From contig JANPJS010000276.1 in assembly GCA_031425655.1 (NCBI GenBank), forward strand, positions 1 to 16,468: a DNA stretch of 16,468 nt. Reading direction: 5' to 3'. The DNA comes from Abditibacteriaceae bacterium (GTDB taxonomy: Bacteria > Armatimonadota > Abditibacteriia > Abditibacteriales > Abditibacteriaceae). Of this stretch, positions 15,878-16,468 are shown in pieces (position 1 is the stretch's first letter; every line of letters starts with the position of its first letter). The translations under genes were made by a program, and so were the position numbers. The notes below the pieces were generated by a model. It ran no database searches and was not told the DNA's origin. It was given only the letters and a program-made list of their open reading frames with translations.

Positions 15878-15902
15878 GCGGCGCGATTGCCGCAGACAAA
15901 GC

Positions 15903-15942
15903 AAAAAGCCTGCGATTTATGAAAAATCGCGGGCTTTCGTTT
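15903..15942 (+). terminator. Intrinsic terminator after the aldo/keto reductase gene
   Basis: Stem aaagcctgcgattt (15905-15918) / aaatcgcgggcttt (15924-15937) with one G-U pair, followed by T-rich sequence. Confidence 0.7.
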
Positions 15943-16032
15943 GTGTTTTGGAACACCGGGCGTATATTCGACGACTCATTGGTTAGTTTGCGTTACCGAT
16001 TAGCATGATAAATCTCTTAGTAGACTTCGGGC

Positions 16033-16308
16033 ATGAGTTGGAAAGCCAGTTGCAAAATCCCCAGGGGCGCCAGCCTTACGGTCGCCTACGACCTCATTAG
16101 GGACGCCCAGCCCGAAGTCGCCGCCGCCTGCCCCGCGCTCCTGGCCGCCGCAAAAGCAGCCGCCCAGGATATTTTGGAAACGGGCACGCCCGATTTAAAA
16201 AAGCATAGCTTTGAAGTGACTTTTGAAGGGCATACCAACGCGGCCCGCGCCCCGCTACAGCATCGGCAAAATGAGTTTATTTCTATCGCCATTCGCCAGA
16301 TAGATTAA
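16033..16308 (+). CDS. Small hypothetical protein (91 aa)
   Basis: Protein-like ORF bounded by an AT-rich upstream region and an immediate downstream terminator. No family recognised and no clear SD. Confidence 0.5.
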   Translation: MSWKASCKIPRGASLTVAYDLIRDAQPEVAAACPALLAAAKAAAQDILETGTPDLKKHSFEVTFEGHTNAARAPLQHRQNEFISIAIRQID

Positions 16309-16315
16309 GAAACGA

Positions 16316-16354
16316 AAAAGCGGCTCCCGATTCGGGAGCCGCGTTTTGGTTTTA
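16316..16354 (+). terminator. Intrinsic terminator after the 91-aa ORF
   Basis: gcggctcccga-t-tcgggagccgc (16320-16342), preceded by an A-run and followed by gttttggtttt. Confidence 0.75.
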
Positions 16355-16468
16355 TCAAAACTCGTGGGGTTGCTCTTTTTCCTCTTTGGGGACCTTGATC
16401 GATTTATCAGTATATCCACCAACGCCGCCCGCCCCTAAATATACCACTGCTTTTAAAATTTACATTAC

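Noticed and set aside
16355..16468. AT-rich window end as a promoter or island boundary
   Set aside because: Truncated by the window edge, with no diagnostic att site, tRNA or ORF visible.

Overview
GC-rich bacterial chromosomal window with 12 probable CDSs. They are an NAD-dependent epimerase/dehydratase; proS (-); a + strand cluster of GalT-like nucleotidyltransferase, PAS/GAF histidine kinase, stand-alone receiver protein and glgC; a - strand translationally coupled NitT/TauT-type ABC permease, ATPase and GH36-like glycosidase; a PlsC-like acyltransferase; an aldo/keto reductase; and a 91-aa orphan. The non-coding DNA is the most unusual part. Most gaps between genes hold a short palindromic or MITE-like element, from at least five sequence families, and no transposase is encoded in the window. 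These include two CAGGGC-ended MITEs with target-site duplications, a shared micro-hairpin nested inside two unrelated repeats, and a 54-bp palindrome translated in frame inside the ProRS editing domain. The best candidate undescribed systems are (i) this nested mini-element assemblage and (ii) a kinase/stand-alone receiver pair lying between two genes for ADP-glucose-related enzymes. All family assignments come from motif recognition by eye; no database search was run.
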